From Nitrosopumilus sp. (GTDB lineage: Archaea; Thermoproteota; Nitrososphaeria; Nitrososphaerales; Nitrosopumilaceae), in assembly GCA_965207075.1 (NCBI GenBank), contig CBDBLO010000002.1, positions 1,728,001 to 1,792,000 on the forward strand: DNA of 64,000 bases, given 5' to 3'. Numbering within the stretch: position 1 is the first letter of the stretch; every line of letters begins with the position of its first letter. A model generated the notes under the pieces. That model saw nothing but the letters and a program-made list of their open reading frames with translations. It ran no database searches and was not told the DNA's origin. Made by a program: the position numbers and the translations under genes. Below, piece after piece: positions 10,087-20,087 of the stretch.

Positions 10087-10342
10087 CCGTCCGCCATCGC
10101 ACTTCATTCCATGCCCGGGGGATGCATGAGATGAGGACGTTTGTATCTAGTATTTCAGGTCCCAAAAGCGTCGATCGTGTCTAGCAAGAGGCTCATTCGG
10201 GACATGTGCGCGAGTCACTGTATCTTGTACTGACTTGCGGCCCCTTGCAGTGAGCACGCAGACCGCCTTCTGCGGGATCCTGCGGACGTGTGCACGGGAG
10301 CTGGCCGTCACTGCCTTTTATCAAATCCGCAATTGACATGTC

Positions 10343-13300
10343 GTGAGATCGCGGCAGGCAGCGTACTTTTTGATGGCGATATGCGCCGCCGCGGTCTCCT
10401 TTCTTGCCGTTATGGACGTAACAGTGGAGGGCGGGCACGCCGCGCCGCTTGGCGCGACCCCTGCGGAGGCTGCGCTCTACCTGCACATACCAGACAAGAT
10501 GATCGCGGGCCAGACGTACCACGGGGTAGCCGTAACTGACAGGCCCGCGCCCTTTGGTGCCATATCTGACCGCACCGTATATCTGGCGACGGGCTCCGTG
10601 GCTGTCAGTATACCGGCCACCGCGGTCATACCGCCGGGCATGAACCACGGTGTCTTTGAGATTACAGCGGTCCGGAGCGGGCCCGCGGAGGTGCACGCCG
10701 CCCACGCGGGCGACATCGGGCTGGCAGGCGGCACCGTGTTCTCCCCGTCGACGGGCCCGAGCAGCCTGGATCTGGTGATGCCGGGCAACGTGACGTCGGC
10801 ATCAGATATCACGGCAGTCGTGGTGGTGCTTGACGGCAACGGGTATCCGGTGCAGGCAGTACGGGATACGGACGTGCGTATGGTGGCGTCGGGCATGATA
10901 GGCGCGCCCCGGACCGTCCCCATAGCGGAGGGACAGACACATGCCGTGCTTGCGCTGCAGGTCAACGGGTCCGGCTCCGTGACGGCGGCGTCGGCGGGGC
11001 TGGATCCCGACACGGAACGCATCACATACGACCGGGACGCGGTCACAGTCCACATGGCGGCCGTCCCGGACGTGGTTCTGCAGGGGGGAGTCATACATTA
11101 TACAATATGGATGGAAAAGGGTGGAAGCGATGACGGGGGAGGCAGCCCCTTCCACCCGCCGCGCGCGATACGCGGCGAGCTGCAGACCACGGACGTGGAC
11201 GTGGTCCGGCTTACGGAAAGCGTCCCCGCAAACAAGGACGCGAGCTCCGGCACGGTCGTGGTGCGCGACGGCGTGGCGCGGGGTACCGCCTACGCGGGCC
11301 TGGAGCCCGGACACGTCGCCCTGACGGCGGCGATACCGGGGTACGGAGTGGCGTCTGCGTCCGTCTGCGTCGGCGCGGTTGTGTTTGGTGACGCCAATGA
11401 CGACTATGGCGGCGGCGATAGCACCCTGCAGACCCCAGAAAACGTCACGACGCGCGATGCCGGTATCGCGGGAACTGGCAGTGCGGCGGCGGCAGGGCCG
11501 GCCGGGTGCGGCGGCGGCAGGGCCGAGACGTTCCGGGAGTACGCGCAGCGCATTGTCGACAAGCACGCCCGCGCCGCCGTATCCGGCGGGCACCCAGGCA
11601 TCCCGCAGCTTCCGCGGGAGCTGCCGGAAAAGCCCCCGGCAAACCACATCAGATTCTGGGTCTACCCCGACGTGACCGGCCACGCCGCGCGCGGAACCGT
11701 GGGCTTTTACCACCTGGAGACGGAGACCGCGCACACGGTCACATACGACGAGAACGGCACGAGGATAGACACGGAATCCGAGTACACGCGGCTGATCCCC
11801 GCAAGGACCGACTACCACCACGTGACGGTGGCGGCGCCCCACAAGGACATACTAGTCCAGCCCGTCCACGTAGCCCACCCGACCAGGTATACGAACGCGT
11901 ACGACTTTCCGATTGTGGCGGGCCGCGAGGGGACATACGACGTAAGCGTGACCTCGGGCGGGCATACGGCCACAGGAACGCTCCGCGTGGCCGCCCCGTA
12001 CGAGGCCGGCTACCGCCTGCAGCTCGTCCCGGTTCCCGCCGTGCCCGGCGCCGCGCAGCCGCTGTACATGGCAAGCGTTACGGACGACAAGGGCCGGATA
12101 ATAGACGTGCGCGACGAGTTCGGGCGGGACAGGATGGTATCCGTGGCGTTCGGGGACGGCCGTGTCGAGAGCGCGGGGGTCGGCGCATCCATGTCATCGC
12201 CAAACACGGCCGTCATATACGGTACGGTCACGGGGGAGACCGGCGTGGTAGCGACGCTTGAGGGCAGCCCCGGGGCGGCGGGCCCCGCATACGGCACCGT
12301 CACGCCGGGCGGCGTCCCGGTCTCAGTAGAGATGGCCGTGCCGTCCGTAGTGCATTCCGGCGAGGGCTTCCCGGTTGCGGTCCACACGGTCGACCCGTTC
12401 GGGATACCGGTGGAGAGGGTGGATACGGCGGCGGCATCCGCCGCGGCCGCGGCCACGGGCTTCCTATACCACAACGGGACCGTCGGGGCGGTATCCGGCG
12501 CCGGCTCCCACCTGGTCGGGATCCTGCACTCCCTGGGCGGCGGCGTCCAGGAGGAGATCGTGTCGTTTCTAAATTTAATGAACCTCACGGCCGACGCCCC
12601 GCCGCGGGTCGCCGCGGGCAAGCCGTTTGAGATCCGCGTGGAGTCGTCGCCCACGGCGTCCGGTGCTCCGCTGCCCGCAGGCGAAAGCGGCGGCGGCAGT
12701 GACGCGACAGGCGCCGCCCGCGCCCTCCCGCGCGTGTCGTACGAGGTGGAGTCGCCCTGGCCCGTGGAGCAGACCGCGCCCGGGGTGTTCCGGGTCACCC
12801 CCGCCACGCAGGGCGACGCCACCATTGTGGTGCGGGGCCACATAGACGGGTTCGAGCCCGGCGCCGTGTCGGTGCCCGTGCACTCGGAGATGGCGGTCCG
12901 CCTCAGGGTCGATGCCGTGTCAGACGGCGGCGGCAGCGGGCTCGAGATACAATTCTCGCTGCGCAACGGCACAACGCTCGTCACGCCGTTTGAGGCCGTA
13001 CTGCGGCACCCGGAGCACCTGCAGTTTGGGTTTCCCGAGACCCTCGACTCGGGGTACGGGCTGCTCGACGTGGCATACGGGGGAGGCGGCGGATACCTGA
13101 CTGACGAGGACGGCGACGGCGTATACGACGGGATACGCGTGGTGCCCGGCGGCGACGCCATAACGGTCACCGCCACATACGAGAGGAGCGTGCAGGTGTT
13201 CGTCAACGGCGGTACGGGCGGCGGCATATACCCGTACGGGGCCGACGTCCAGGTGCGGGCGGAGCCGGGCCACGTTATACCGTACCTCGTGCCGGAGCGC

Positions 13301-13582
13301 CTGGCGTACTGGGAGGGGGCGCCCGGAAAGCCGCCCGCGTTTGTCATGCAGGCCCACCGGGATGTCGAGGTGACCGCCGTGTACGAGCCGGACTATGCGC
13401 GCGCCATGTACATTACGCTGGCGGGTGCGGCGGCGGCTGCAGGATACGTCGCGTACAGGAGGGCGGGTCCGCGCATATCGTACGCGGTCGGCGGCGCGCT
13501 CGACGGGATTGCAAGGGCGGGGCGGGAGGCGGCGGCGCGGAGCAGAAAGGGCGAGGCAGGACGCCGAAATGATTACGGGTAG
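10343..13582 (+). CDS. Large surface protein with Ig-like domains and C-terminal TM anchor
   Basis: 1079 aa; signal-like N-terminus, beta-rich body, G.G.Y.YG..V.V.A repeat-like segment, TM followed by YRR. Confidence 0.8.
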   Translation: MRSRQAAYFLMAICAAAVSFLAVMDVTVEGGHAAPLGATPAEAALYLHIPDKMIAGQTYHGVAVTDRPAPFGAISDRTVYLATGSVAVSIPATAVIPPGMNHGVFEITAVRSGPAEVHAAHAGDIGLAGGTVFSPSTGPSSLDLVMPGNVTSASDITAVVVVLDGNGYPVQAVRDTDVRMVASGMIGAPRTVPIAEGQTHAVLALQVNGSGSVTAASAGLDPDTERITYDRDAVTVHMAAVPDVVLQGGVIHYTIWMEKGGSDDGGGSPFHPPRAIRGELQTTDVDVVRLTESVPANKDASSGTVVVRDGVARGTAYAGLEPGHVALTAAIPGYGVASASVCVGAVVFGDANDDYGGGDSTLQTPENVTTRDAGIAGTGSAAAAGPAGCGGGRAETFREYAQRIVDKHARAAVSGGHPGIPQLPRELPEKPPANHIRFWVYPDVTGHAARGTVGFYHLETETAHTVTYDENGTRIDTESEYTRLIPARTDYHHVTVAAPHKDILVQPVHVAHPTRYTNAYDFPIVAGREGTYDVSVTSGGHTATGTLRVAAPYEAGYRLQLVPVPAVPGAAQPLYMASVTDDKGRIIDVRDEFGRDRMVSVAFGDGRVESAGVGASMSSPNTAVIYGTVTGETGVVATLEGSPGAAGPAYGTVTPGGVPVSVEMAVPSVVHSGEGFPVAVHTVDPFGIPVERVDTAAASAAAAATGFLYHNGTVGAVSGAGSHLVGILHSLGGGVQEEIVSFLNLMNLTADAPPRVAAGKPFEIRVESSPTASGAPLPAGESGGGSDATGAARALPRVSYEVESPWPVEQTAPGVFRVTPATQGDATIVVRGHIDGFEPGAVSVPVHSEMAVRLRVDAVSDGGGSGLEIQFSLRNGTTLVTPFEAVLRHPEHLQFGFPETLDSGYGLLDVAYGGGGGYLTDEDGDGVYDGIRVVPGGDAITVTATYERSVQVFVNGGTGGGIYPYGADVQVRAEPGHVIPYLVPERLAYWEGAPGKPPAFVMQAHRDVEVTAVYEPDYARAMYITLAGAAAAAGYVAYRRAGPRISYAVGGALDGIARAGREAAARSRKGEAGRRNDYG

Positions 13583-15287
13583 AGCGGGCCACGCCATGCT
13601 GAGGTTTGGCGTCGTCAGGAGGATGCACCGGTATCTGGCGGGGCGCTACTCGCGTGACGTCCCGGCGGCCGGCATCGCGGCCTCCCCGCGCCAAAAGGCC
13701 ACTGAATCCGTAGGCGCCGCGCTTCTCGGCGTAATTCCCGCAGCCTGCGTCTCGGCCGTGCTGTACGCGGCCACCGGGATGCCGTACGCATTTCTGTTTC
13801 TGGCGGCCCCGCCGGCCCTGCTCTTTATGGGAAGCCTGGGGCTCCGGGATGCCGCGCGAAAGAGGGCGGCTGGCGCGGACGCGGAGCTCTTCTTTTTTGC
13901 CATATACTGCGACATCATGGAAAAGACCGGCCGCGGGCTGCACGGGGCCTTTGAGGCGCTCGGAGGTGGCAGCGGCAACGGCCCGATGTTTCCCGCCATG
14001 TACCGCGAGTCCCTGATAATACGGCGCGAGATGCGGGTGTTCTCAAGATCGTTTGCCGACGTGCTGCACGACCTCGGTACGGCGCACCCGTCGGCCGCGT
14101 TCCAGGACTTTCTGCGCGGCTATGCCGTGTCGCAGACCACGGGCGGCGTCGGCACCTCGGCGTACCTGCACGAGAGGCTCCGGGAGTACCACACGGCCGC
14201 CAAGCAGAGGATGGACGCGTACGCGTCGACTGCCGAGATGCTTGCCACCATCGGGTCGTTCGGGCTCGCGATGTTCCCGATATTCGTCGTGGTCGGCGGG
14301 ATAATGATGGACCAGTACACGCTTTTGTTTTTGTGCGGCTTCGGCATCCTGGCGGTGCCCGCCATCACCACGGTTATGGTGGCGAGGGCGGCTTCGGCAT
14401 CCCCCGTGCCGGCCGGCAGAATACCCGTCCGCAGGATACCCGTGGCGGCGGCGGGAGCAGCCGGCGTCGCCTGCTTTGTACTTGGCATGTCGTCGTCGTG
14501 GTGGTGGGAGATTGCGGCAGCCCCGCTTGCCGTGTGGTGTGTGACAAACCACTGCATGTCCCGCGGGCGCCTTGCCGGCATGTCAAACCTGGAGAGGTCG
14601 GTGCCCTCGTTCGTGCGCGACATAAACCAGAAGATGCGCTCAAACCCGAGCTTTTTTGCGGCGTTTACGTCCGCGGAAGCCATGGCCCCGTACACCACGC
14701 AGTTCAACGATATACTGCGAAACGTCAGGTCCCGCATCCTCCTGGGCGTCGAGATATCAAGGGCGCTGCAGGAGGTGCGGACGGGCTCATGGCTTGCCGA
14801 CTGCGTCATGGCACTGATGGCGCAGGCGGCGCGCAGCGGCTCCGTGACGCCCGCCGTCCTGGACAGGCTGGCGCTGTTCGCGTCGCACCACATCGAGACA
14901 AAAAAGGAGATGTCCGCCAAGACCGCGACGCCGCTGATGACGGGATACATGGGGTCCGTCATCGTGGTGATGATGATCATAATGATCCCGGTGATGAGCT
15001 TTGACCAGTTCGCCGCGCTCGACGTCCTGGCGGGCGCCGCAGCGCCGGGCGCCGTCGGGGTACCGGACGCCCCGTACCCGAGATACGACGCGGGCGGGCT
15101 GCTTGCGGAGCTGAACCTGGTGCTCGTCGTAGTGGGGGCGTTCTGCTCCATGGTCCTGGTCTCTCAGATCAGGTACGCGACCATACTGCACAGCCTGCAC
15201 ACCGGGGTGCTGCTGGCGGTCATAGCGGGCATGCTGTACTATGACAGGCTTGCGGGCTCCGCCGGGGTGCCGGCGCTCCCGTTCTGA
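13569..15287 (+). CDS. Type IV pilus platform membrane protein (TadC/FlaJ, T2SS-F)
   Basis: Two T2SSF-like helical domains (DVLHDLG..HPS..FQDFL; G.EI..AL..V) separated by multiple TMs. Confidence 0.8.
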   Translation: MITGRAGHAMLRFGVVRRMHRYLAGRYSRDVPAAGIAASPRQKATESVGAALLGVIPAACVSAVLYAATGMPYAFLFLAAPPALLFMGSLGLRDAARKRAAGADAELFFFAIYCDIMEKTGRGLHGAFEALGGGSGNGPMFPAMYRESLIIRREMRVFSRSFADVLHDLGTAHPSAAFQDFLRGYAVSQTTGGVGTSAYLHERLREYHTAAKQRMDAYASTAEMLATIGSFGLAMFPIFVVVGGIMMDQYTLLFLCGFGILAVPAITTVMVARAASASPVPAGRIPVRRIPVAAAGAAGVACFVLGMSSSWWWEIAAAPLAVWCVTNHCMSRGRLAGMSNLERSVPSFVRDINQKMRSNPSFFAAFTSAEAMAPYTTQFNDILRNVRSRILLGVEISRALQEVRTGSWLADCVMALMAQAARSGSVTPAVLDRLALFASHHIETKKEMSAKTATPLMTGYMGSVIVVMMIIMIPVMSFDQFAALDVLAGAAAPGAVGVPDAPYPRYDAGGLLAELNLVLVVVGAFCSMVLVSQIRYATILHSLHTGVLLAVIAGMLYYDRLAGSAGVPALPF

Positions 15288-15406
15288 GATTATTTTTCCG
15301 GCGGCCTGGGGACGCTCCACCGTCACGCGCCTTGCGCAAAAGGCAGTCCGGCCAGACGCCATGACGGGCCTGACAAGCGGCATTTCTGTACGGGGTACTT
15401 TCTACG

Positions 15407-16551
15407 ATCCGTGACCTGCCTGCCGTTCTTGGCTAGGGCACGGATTGGAGTCAGTGCCCCCGTCACTTACTTTTGAGGTCGTATACTGTGTGGACGACCC
15501 GCGCTGCATTCTCTATGTGGGCCGCCGTGTCAACGCAAGCCCTGTAATTCTTCGTCCCGTCCTTCCATGTTTTGTGATATTTGACGAAGTCATCAGTTTG
15601 TTGCTCTTGATCCTTTTTGACGTTCCATGACAGCTCCACCTTGTCTGATTTCACCGTGATCACGCAGACGACGCGTCCGTTCGGCAGATAAAAGCCTCCC
15701 CCATACCAGGGCATGTCGAATCTTGTGCCAGCAAGCTCGCTTTGGACGCGCTCCTTTAGCTTGCGCCAGACCGTTCTGGTTGCATCGGATGCACCTTTCT
15801 CGCCAAGATAGTCTTTTTCTGCGTCATCAACATCCCTGACGGACTCGGGGCGGCCGTTTCCGGCCTTTGTGGATGCGGATGCTGGTACTCTCTCATGTGC
15901 TCCGCCTGCTCGCCTCGTTACTATGATGTCGTCGTCATATCGTTTGATCCTGTGCAATTCCAAATACCTGTCGTGCTTGGCGCTGACTATCTGCCTTTCG
16001 GAAAACTTCGGCGCCACTATGATCGCATATGCCTCATCCCACTCGAACTCCTTCGTGTTACGATAGTCTTCCGTCTTCTCGATGTACTTCAGTATGAAGG
16101 CGTCTTTCCGATACTTTATGCAGTTCAGGTATGTTCTGGTCTGGTTAAGCACCCCCTTGCCTAGAGTATTTTTGTACTCTATGACAACAAACGTATTCTC
16201 TTCCTCGTCAAACGCAACGGTGTCCAGCCAATGCTCAACGTCGTTGATTCTGACCCTGAATTCGGTTGCCAAGAACTTGAGGCCGAACATTTTTTCGAGA
16301 TTATGCTGTACCAACTCTTGTATCGATTTCTCCTCGTCAAACCCTGTGTCAGACGACTCTTGTATCGATTTCTCATCATCAAACCCTGTGTCAGACAACT
16401 CGGTGAGTTCGGTGTCGGAGACAGCCTTGAAGACGCGAACATCCGCGGTCATGCTCCCACTTTCGTCCACCAACAGCATCGCGCATTACATGACATCTTA
16501 AAAAAGCTGCCGTTCAGACACGGCTTTCAATCCGTGACCTGCCTGCCGTTC
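15407..16551. repeat. 22-bp direct repeats flanking the NucS-like gene
   Basis: atccgtgacctgcctgccgttc at 15407-15428 and 16530-16551. Confidence 0.85.
15463..16479 (-). CDS. NucS/EndoMS-like PD-(D/E)XK nuclease with DUF5655-like C-terminal domain
   Basis: EKSIQELV..NL..F.L.FLATEF...LDTVAFD...FVVIEYK...Q...Y; internal 42-bp duplication. Confidence 0.75.
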   Translation of the reverse strand: MLLVDESGSMTADVRVFKAVSDTELTELSDTGFDDEKSIQESSDTGFDEEKSIQELVQHNLEKMFGLKFLATEFRVRINDVEHWLDTVAFDEEENTFVVIEYKNTLGKGVLNQTRTYLNCIKYRKDAFILKYIEKTEDYRNTKEFEWDEAYAIIVAPKFSERQIVSAKHDRYLELHRIKRYDDDIIVTRRAGGAHERVPASASTKAGNGRPESVRDVDDAEKDYLGEKGASDATRTVWRKLKERVQSELAGTRFDMPWYGGGFYLPNGRVVCVITVKSDKVELSWNVKKDQEQQTDDFVKYHKTWKDGTKNYRACVDTAAHIENAARVVHTVYDLKSK

Positions 16552-16689
16552 CTGACTATGTCACCAGTTGGAAGCAGTGCCTCCGGGCGAATCATCCTTT
16601 GGGCTGAGCGGCATTTTTCCTTCCACGCGCCCGGCGCCCCTTGTGGTTTGGGCGTTTGCGCCTTTTATCCAAACCAAATGGCACGTAGC

Positions 16690-17202
16690 GTGAAGAACCA
16701 ACCGCGCCAGGCCATCTCCGGGATGATCGTCACCATAATACTGATCGGTATAGTGGTGTCGATCGGAGGCATCCTGGCAACCACCACCACCGACATCGTA
16801 ACGACCGGACTGATCCTGGATGCGGTGGAGATAAAGCGGCTCAACATCCAGAACACGGGAACCACCTCGTACATCACCGGCATGATCAAGAACTCCGGCA
16901 ACACTGACATCAGCAACGCAGTAGTCATAGTCACGCTTGACATCGACAACAAGAACGTAGACGAGGACGACCTGTTCATAGCCGCGTTTGAGCCCGCCGG
17001 CATCCACTCCGGGGTCACGGCGACCGTAAACGAAAAGATCTTTGTCGGGGACACGGAGGACCGCTCGCAAAACCAGACCGCAAGTGTGGAGAACGACGCC
17101 TACCACCGGCTCACCATCGGCCAAAAGTACCTCGTCGAGGTCAGGGCCGACATCGCCGGCGGCGGGCAGTACTCGCAGACCAAGGTAATATCGCCGCAGT
17201 AG
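16690..17202 (+). CDS. Archaeal type IV pilin (class III signal peptide)
   Basis: PRQA/ISGMIVTIILIGIVVSIGG cleavage site and hydrophobic helix; IKNSGN motif; start is GTG 16690 or ATG 16678. Confidence 0.85.
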   Translation: MKNQPRQAISGMIVTIILIGIVVSIGGILATTTTDIVTTGLILDAVEIKRLNIQNTGTTSYITGMIKNSGNTDISNAVVIVTLDIDNKNVDEDDLFIAAFEPAGIHSGVTATVNEKIFVGDTEDRSQNQTASVENDAYHRLTIGQKYLVEVRADIAGGGQYSQTKVISPQ

Positions 17203-17214
17203 CCCGCGGCGCAC

Positions 17215-17233
17215 CCCCTTCTTTTTTCTTCTT
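17215..17233 (+). terminator. Pyrimidine/T-rich archaeal terminator after the pilin gene
   Basis: ccccttcttttttcttctt shortly after the stop codon. Confidence 0.5.
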
Positions 17234-17358
17234 GACATTCGGGAGGCCCGCCACACGCAGATTCCCATTGGCCAAAAACCCCTCCGATATGTGGATGTGG
17301 GTCCGGACGGCCGGAGAGACGGGACCGGCGTGCGGCGGCGTGGGTGCGGCCCGCCGAG

Positions 17359-17799
17359 TCAGCGCACGGGGTATATGGAATCGGGATTTTTTCTGAAAAA
17401 CGTTGCCATTGCGCGCGCCATGGTACGCGTCAACCTATCCCGCGCGTTCGCGTCGTGCCTGCCCGCCAGCACAATGCCTGCATGGGTCGGATCATCAGAC
17501 GAGGGCTTGCATTCTATCCTGATGTCCACGTTTCCGAGTTCCCGCACGTACGATATCATTCGTCCCGCACTGAAGACGGCAAATTTGCCGTTCGGGCTTG
17601 TGTCATACTCCTTTGCGCCCAGTATCTTGTTGATTCGTGCAAGCCCCGCCTCCACTTCGAGATCGCCGGGCAGGACGTTGACTGAGAGGTATTTCTCGGA
17701 GGCCCGCATCAGAAAGGCGTTTGTTCTTGGCATGCCGTCCAAAACATTGCCCGGCCTGCAGTATCGGCACAAACGGTCAAGGCGGTTGACGTCGGTCAT
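17359..17799 (-). CDS. Hypothetical protein, putative toxin (R...LSV...H pattern, RES/ART-like)
   Basis: LCRYC, YLSVN and DPTHAGI motifs; directly downstream of its partner gene. Confidence 0.6.
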   Translation of the reverse strand: MTDVNRLDRLCRYCRPGNVLDGMPRTNAFLMRASEKYLSVNVLPGDLEVEAGLARINKILGAKEYDTSPNGKFAVFSAGRMISYVRELGNVDIRIECKPSSDDPTHAGIVLAGRHDANARDRLTRTMARAMATFFRKNPDSIYPVR

Positions 17800-17802
17800 G
17801 GC

Positions 17803-18213
17803 TCACATGGCATGGTTGGCGCGGGGCATGATCCTTTTGAGCATGTAATCCTGCGTAGACATTTTTGTCTCACGTATCTTGTAGGATCCAGTGTCTTGAT
17901 CCCTGTCGGAATATATGAACCAGACATCTCCCGACGGCAGGAACTCGATGTCCACGTCACTGTCCCCCGCGAATTCCAGATCTGCATGCACGTGACCATC
18001 GGCGCTAGCCGTTATCCCGGGCTTCGGTAGATCCTGGTGGTGCCTTGTCAGAAAGTCCACGAGCGACCTTGCAGAGTCCGGATCCATCGGGTCGGCGCCG
18101 TTCTCCAGCGGAAGCCTGTGCAGGTAGTCCAGCCGGTCCGCAACCTCGCCAAGCCCCGCGCGCCTGGCCATGTCGATGACCTCGGGCATCGTATACGCGG
18201 TTATGGTGGCCAT
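17803..18213 (-). CDS. Hypothetical protein, putative antitoxin partner
   Basis: Paralogue of 7986-8429; start MATITAY. Confidence 0.65.
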   Translation of the reverse strand: MATITAYTMPEVIDMARRAGLGEVADRLDYLHRLPLENGADPMDPDSARSLVDFLTRHHQDLPKPGITASADGHVHADLEFAGDSDVDIEFLPSGDVWFIYSDRDQDTGSYKIRETKMSTQDYMLKRIMPRANHAM

Positions 18214-18397
18214 GAAAAAACGATCTCCGTGCTGCAATTTATGAATATCTGCTTGTAGTCTGCAGAGTCTCGGCAGGATGGCCAGAGCTGGAAGGTGCGG
18301 CCCGTGCAGGCATGTCCGTGCCCGCGGGGCGCGCCCGGCGCGTGAATCTTGGCCGGGGACGCGCATTCTCTTGGCAGCTCCGGACGCGGGAAAGCCA

Positions 18398-19363
18398 TCA
18401 GCCTGACCGTCCGGTCTCCCCGTCCGGCACAAGGCCATATCCGCGGAGAAACCCGGACTCTGCCCGGGTGAGCGGGCCGCCGCTGCCCGGGGCGGCCTCG
18501 TTTGGATCGTTGAGGTATCCCAGCATGGCGATGGGATCCACCGAGTCCATCCCGACCCCCGTCTCGAGCCTGTCGCGTGGCCTGTACCGCCTCTCCATGA
18601 TCTCGCTGTCAAGCATCGACTCCAGCATGGTCGGAACCAGGAACCCCTGCCCGTACACAGGATCCGCAAAGGCGTCGCCCCGGACGTACGGATATCCGTG
18701 AAAGAACCGCACGTGCTCCACCGGGATGCGGTATGCGCCCGTCCCGGGGTCCGTCCCTCCCCCGCGTACGGGGGCCTTTGGGAAGCGGCCGCCCAGCCAG
18801 TAGCGGTTGAACGTGTACGCGTATTTGTCATCAAGCCAGGAGTCGTTCCAGCACAGGTGGTCCCCCACGCGCCCCGGTATCCGCACGGAGCGGCTGCACG
18901 ATATGCCGTGCACGTCTAGCAGGAACTGTTTCCACATCTCCGCGGCCTGCTTGTCGCCCCCGTCCTCCGCGCCGCGCAGCTGCTTGGCGGCCCACCCCTC
19001 GCGGTCCTTGCGCGCCCTCTTCCTCTGCTTTTCTGTAAATATCACCCTGCTGACGCCGTCAAGCGAGTAGTTGTCAGCATAGTCGTGTTTCTCGCGGATC
19101 GAGCGCACGATGCTTCCAGCGCCCCACGCCTTGAACTCAAAGTCAAACAGGCCGGAGCCCTCTGGCCACAGCAGCCTTATCTTCCTGATCCCGCCTGCCT
19201 TTATGCCGGCCATCTGGCTGTGCAGCCTGTGGAACAGGATCCCCTTCTTCTTGATCTCGATTATCAGGGCCCTGTTTGTGACGTGCAACATGCCGCCGCC
19301 GAACCTGGTGCTGATCTTGTGCTGAGACTCCATTACCTCGCCCCTCTGCAATATTATGGGCAT
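18398..19363 (-). CDS. Hypothetical protein (N-terminus possibly PH-like)
   Basis: 321-aa ORF with coding-like composition; G.LHVTNRALIIE. Confidence 0.65.
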   Translation of the reverse strand: MPIILQRGEVMESQHKISTRFGGGMLHVTNRALIIEIKKKGILFHRLHSQMAGIKAGGIRKIRLLWPEGSGLFDFEFKAWGAGSIVRSIREKHDYADNYSLDGVSRVIFTEKQRKRARKDREGWAAKQLRGAEDGGDKQAAEMWKQFLLDVHGISCSRSVRIPGRVGDHLCWNDSWLDDKYAYTFNRYWLGGRFPKAPVRGGGTDPGTGAYRIPVEHVRFFHGYPYVRGDAFADPVYGQGFLVPTMLESMLDSEIMERRYRPRDRLETGVGMDSVDPIAMLGYLNDPNEAAPGSGGPLTRAESGFLRGYGLVPDGETGRSG

Positions 19364-19427
19364 GTTATGTGTACCGTACTGTACCTTATATTCTTTTCTT
19401 GATGCCGTTTGTGTGACGCTACGTTGA

Positions 19428-19919
19428 CTAGCGCTCTGTCCCGCCCAACCTTTTCAGGTCTGATACCCTGCGCATCGTAAACGGGAGCGAATCAAACCAG
19501 CGAAGTTCCTCAAAGAATAATTCCACCGTGTTCAGCACGGATTCCGTGCCGGTGTGGCATCCCCACACAAACCCCTTCCAATCACTTCGACCGATGGGCA
19601 CGTCGGCATACCAGTCATCCGCATCGCGGCGCGCAAACTGTATCAGCTCACGCGTCCTGTTGTTCTCAAATCCGATAAAATGGTTACAGTCGCCGTAGCC
19701 AAGGCCCGTTATCTCGGACCTTGCATGCGGCCAGTCTGTTGGCACGTGTCTCTTTATGCCGACTCGTACCTTTCCATCCGTCTTGAAATACGATATATCC
19801 TGGGTTCTGATGCCCTGGTCCGTCTTGGAGTCGGAACGCGAGAGGCCCTTCTCGTACCAGTAGCTGAGGGTCCTCTGCGGAAGGGTGACAAGTATAGGTC
19901 CTGCGGGCATGGTGCGCAT
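19428..19919 (-). CDS. Hypothetical protein
   Basis: 163-aa ORF, lower GC than neighbours; start uncertain. Confidence 0.55.
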   Translation of the reverse strand: MRTMPAGPILVTLPQRTLSYWYEKGLSRSDSKTDQGIRTQDISYFKTDGKVRVGIKRHVPTDWPHARSEITGLGYGDCNHFIGFENNRTRELIQFARRDADDWYADVPIGRSDWKGFVWGCHTGTESVLNTVELFFEELRWFDSLPFTMRRVSDLKRLGGTER

Positions 19920-20087
19920 GCGCGCCCTGCGCTATTAATCTTGACTGCGGGGCGCCGTTGCGGGACGGATGACAGCTCCCTGCTGGCTGTGGAGGGATGG
20001 AACGACTCCAGTCCAACCGTGGGACGCAAGCTTTCGTAACGGGACGATGCACTTGTTGCTGAATGGCGCCATTCTGGCTGCCGGACG

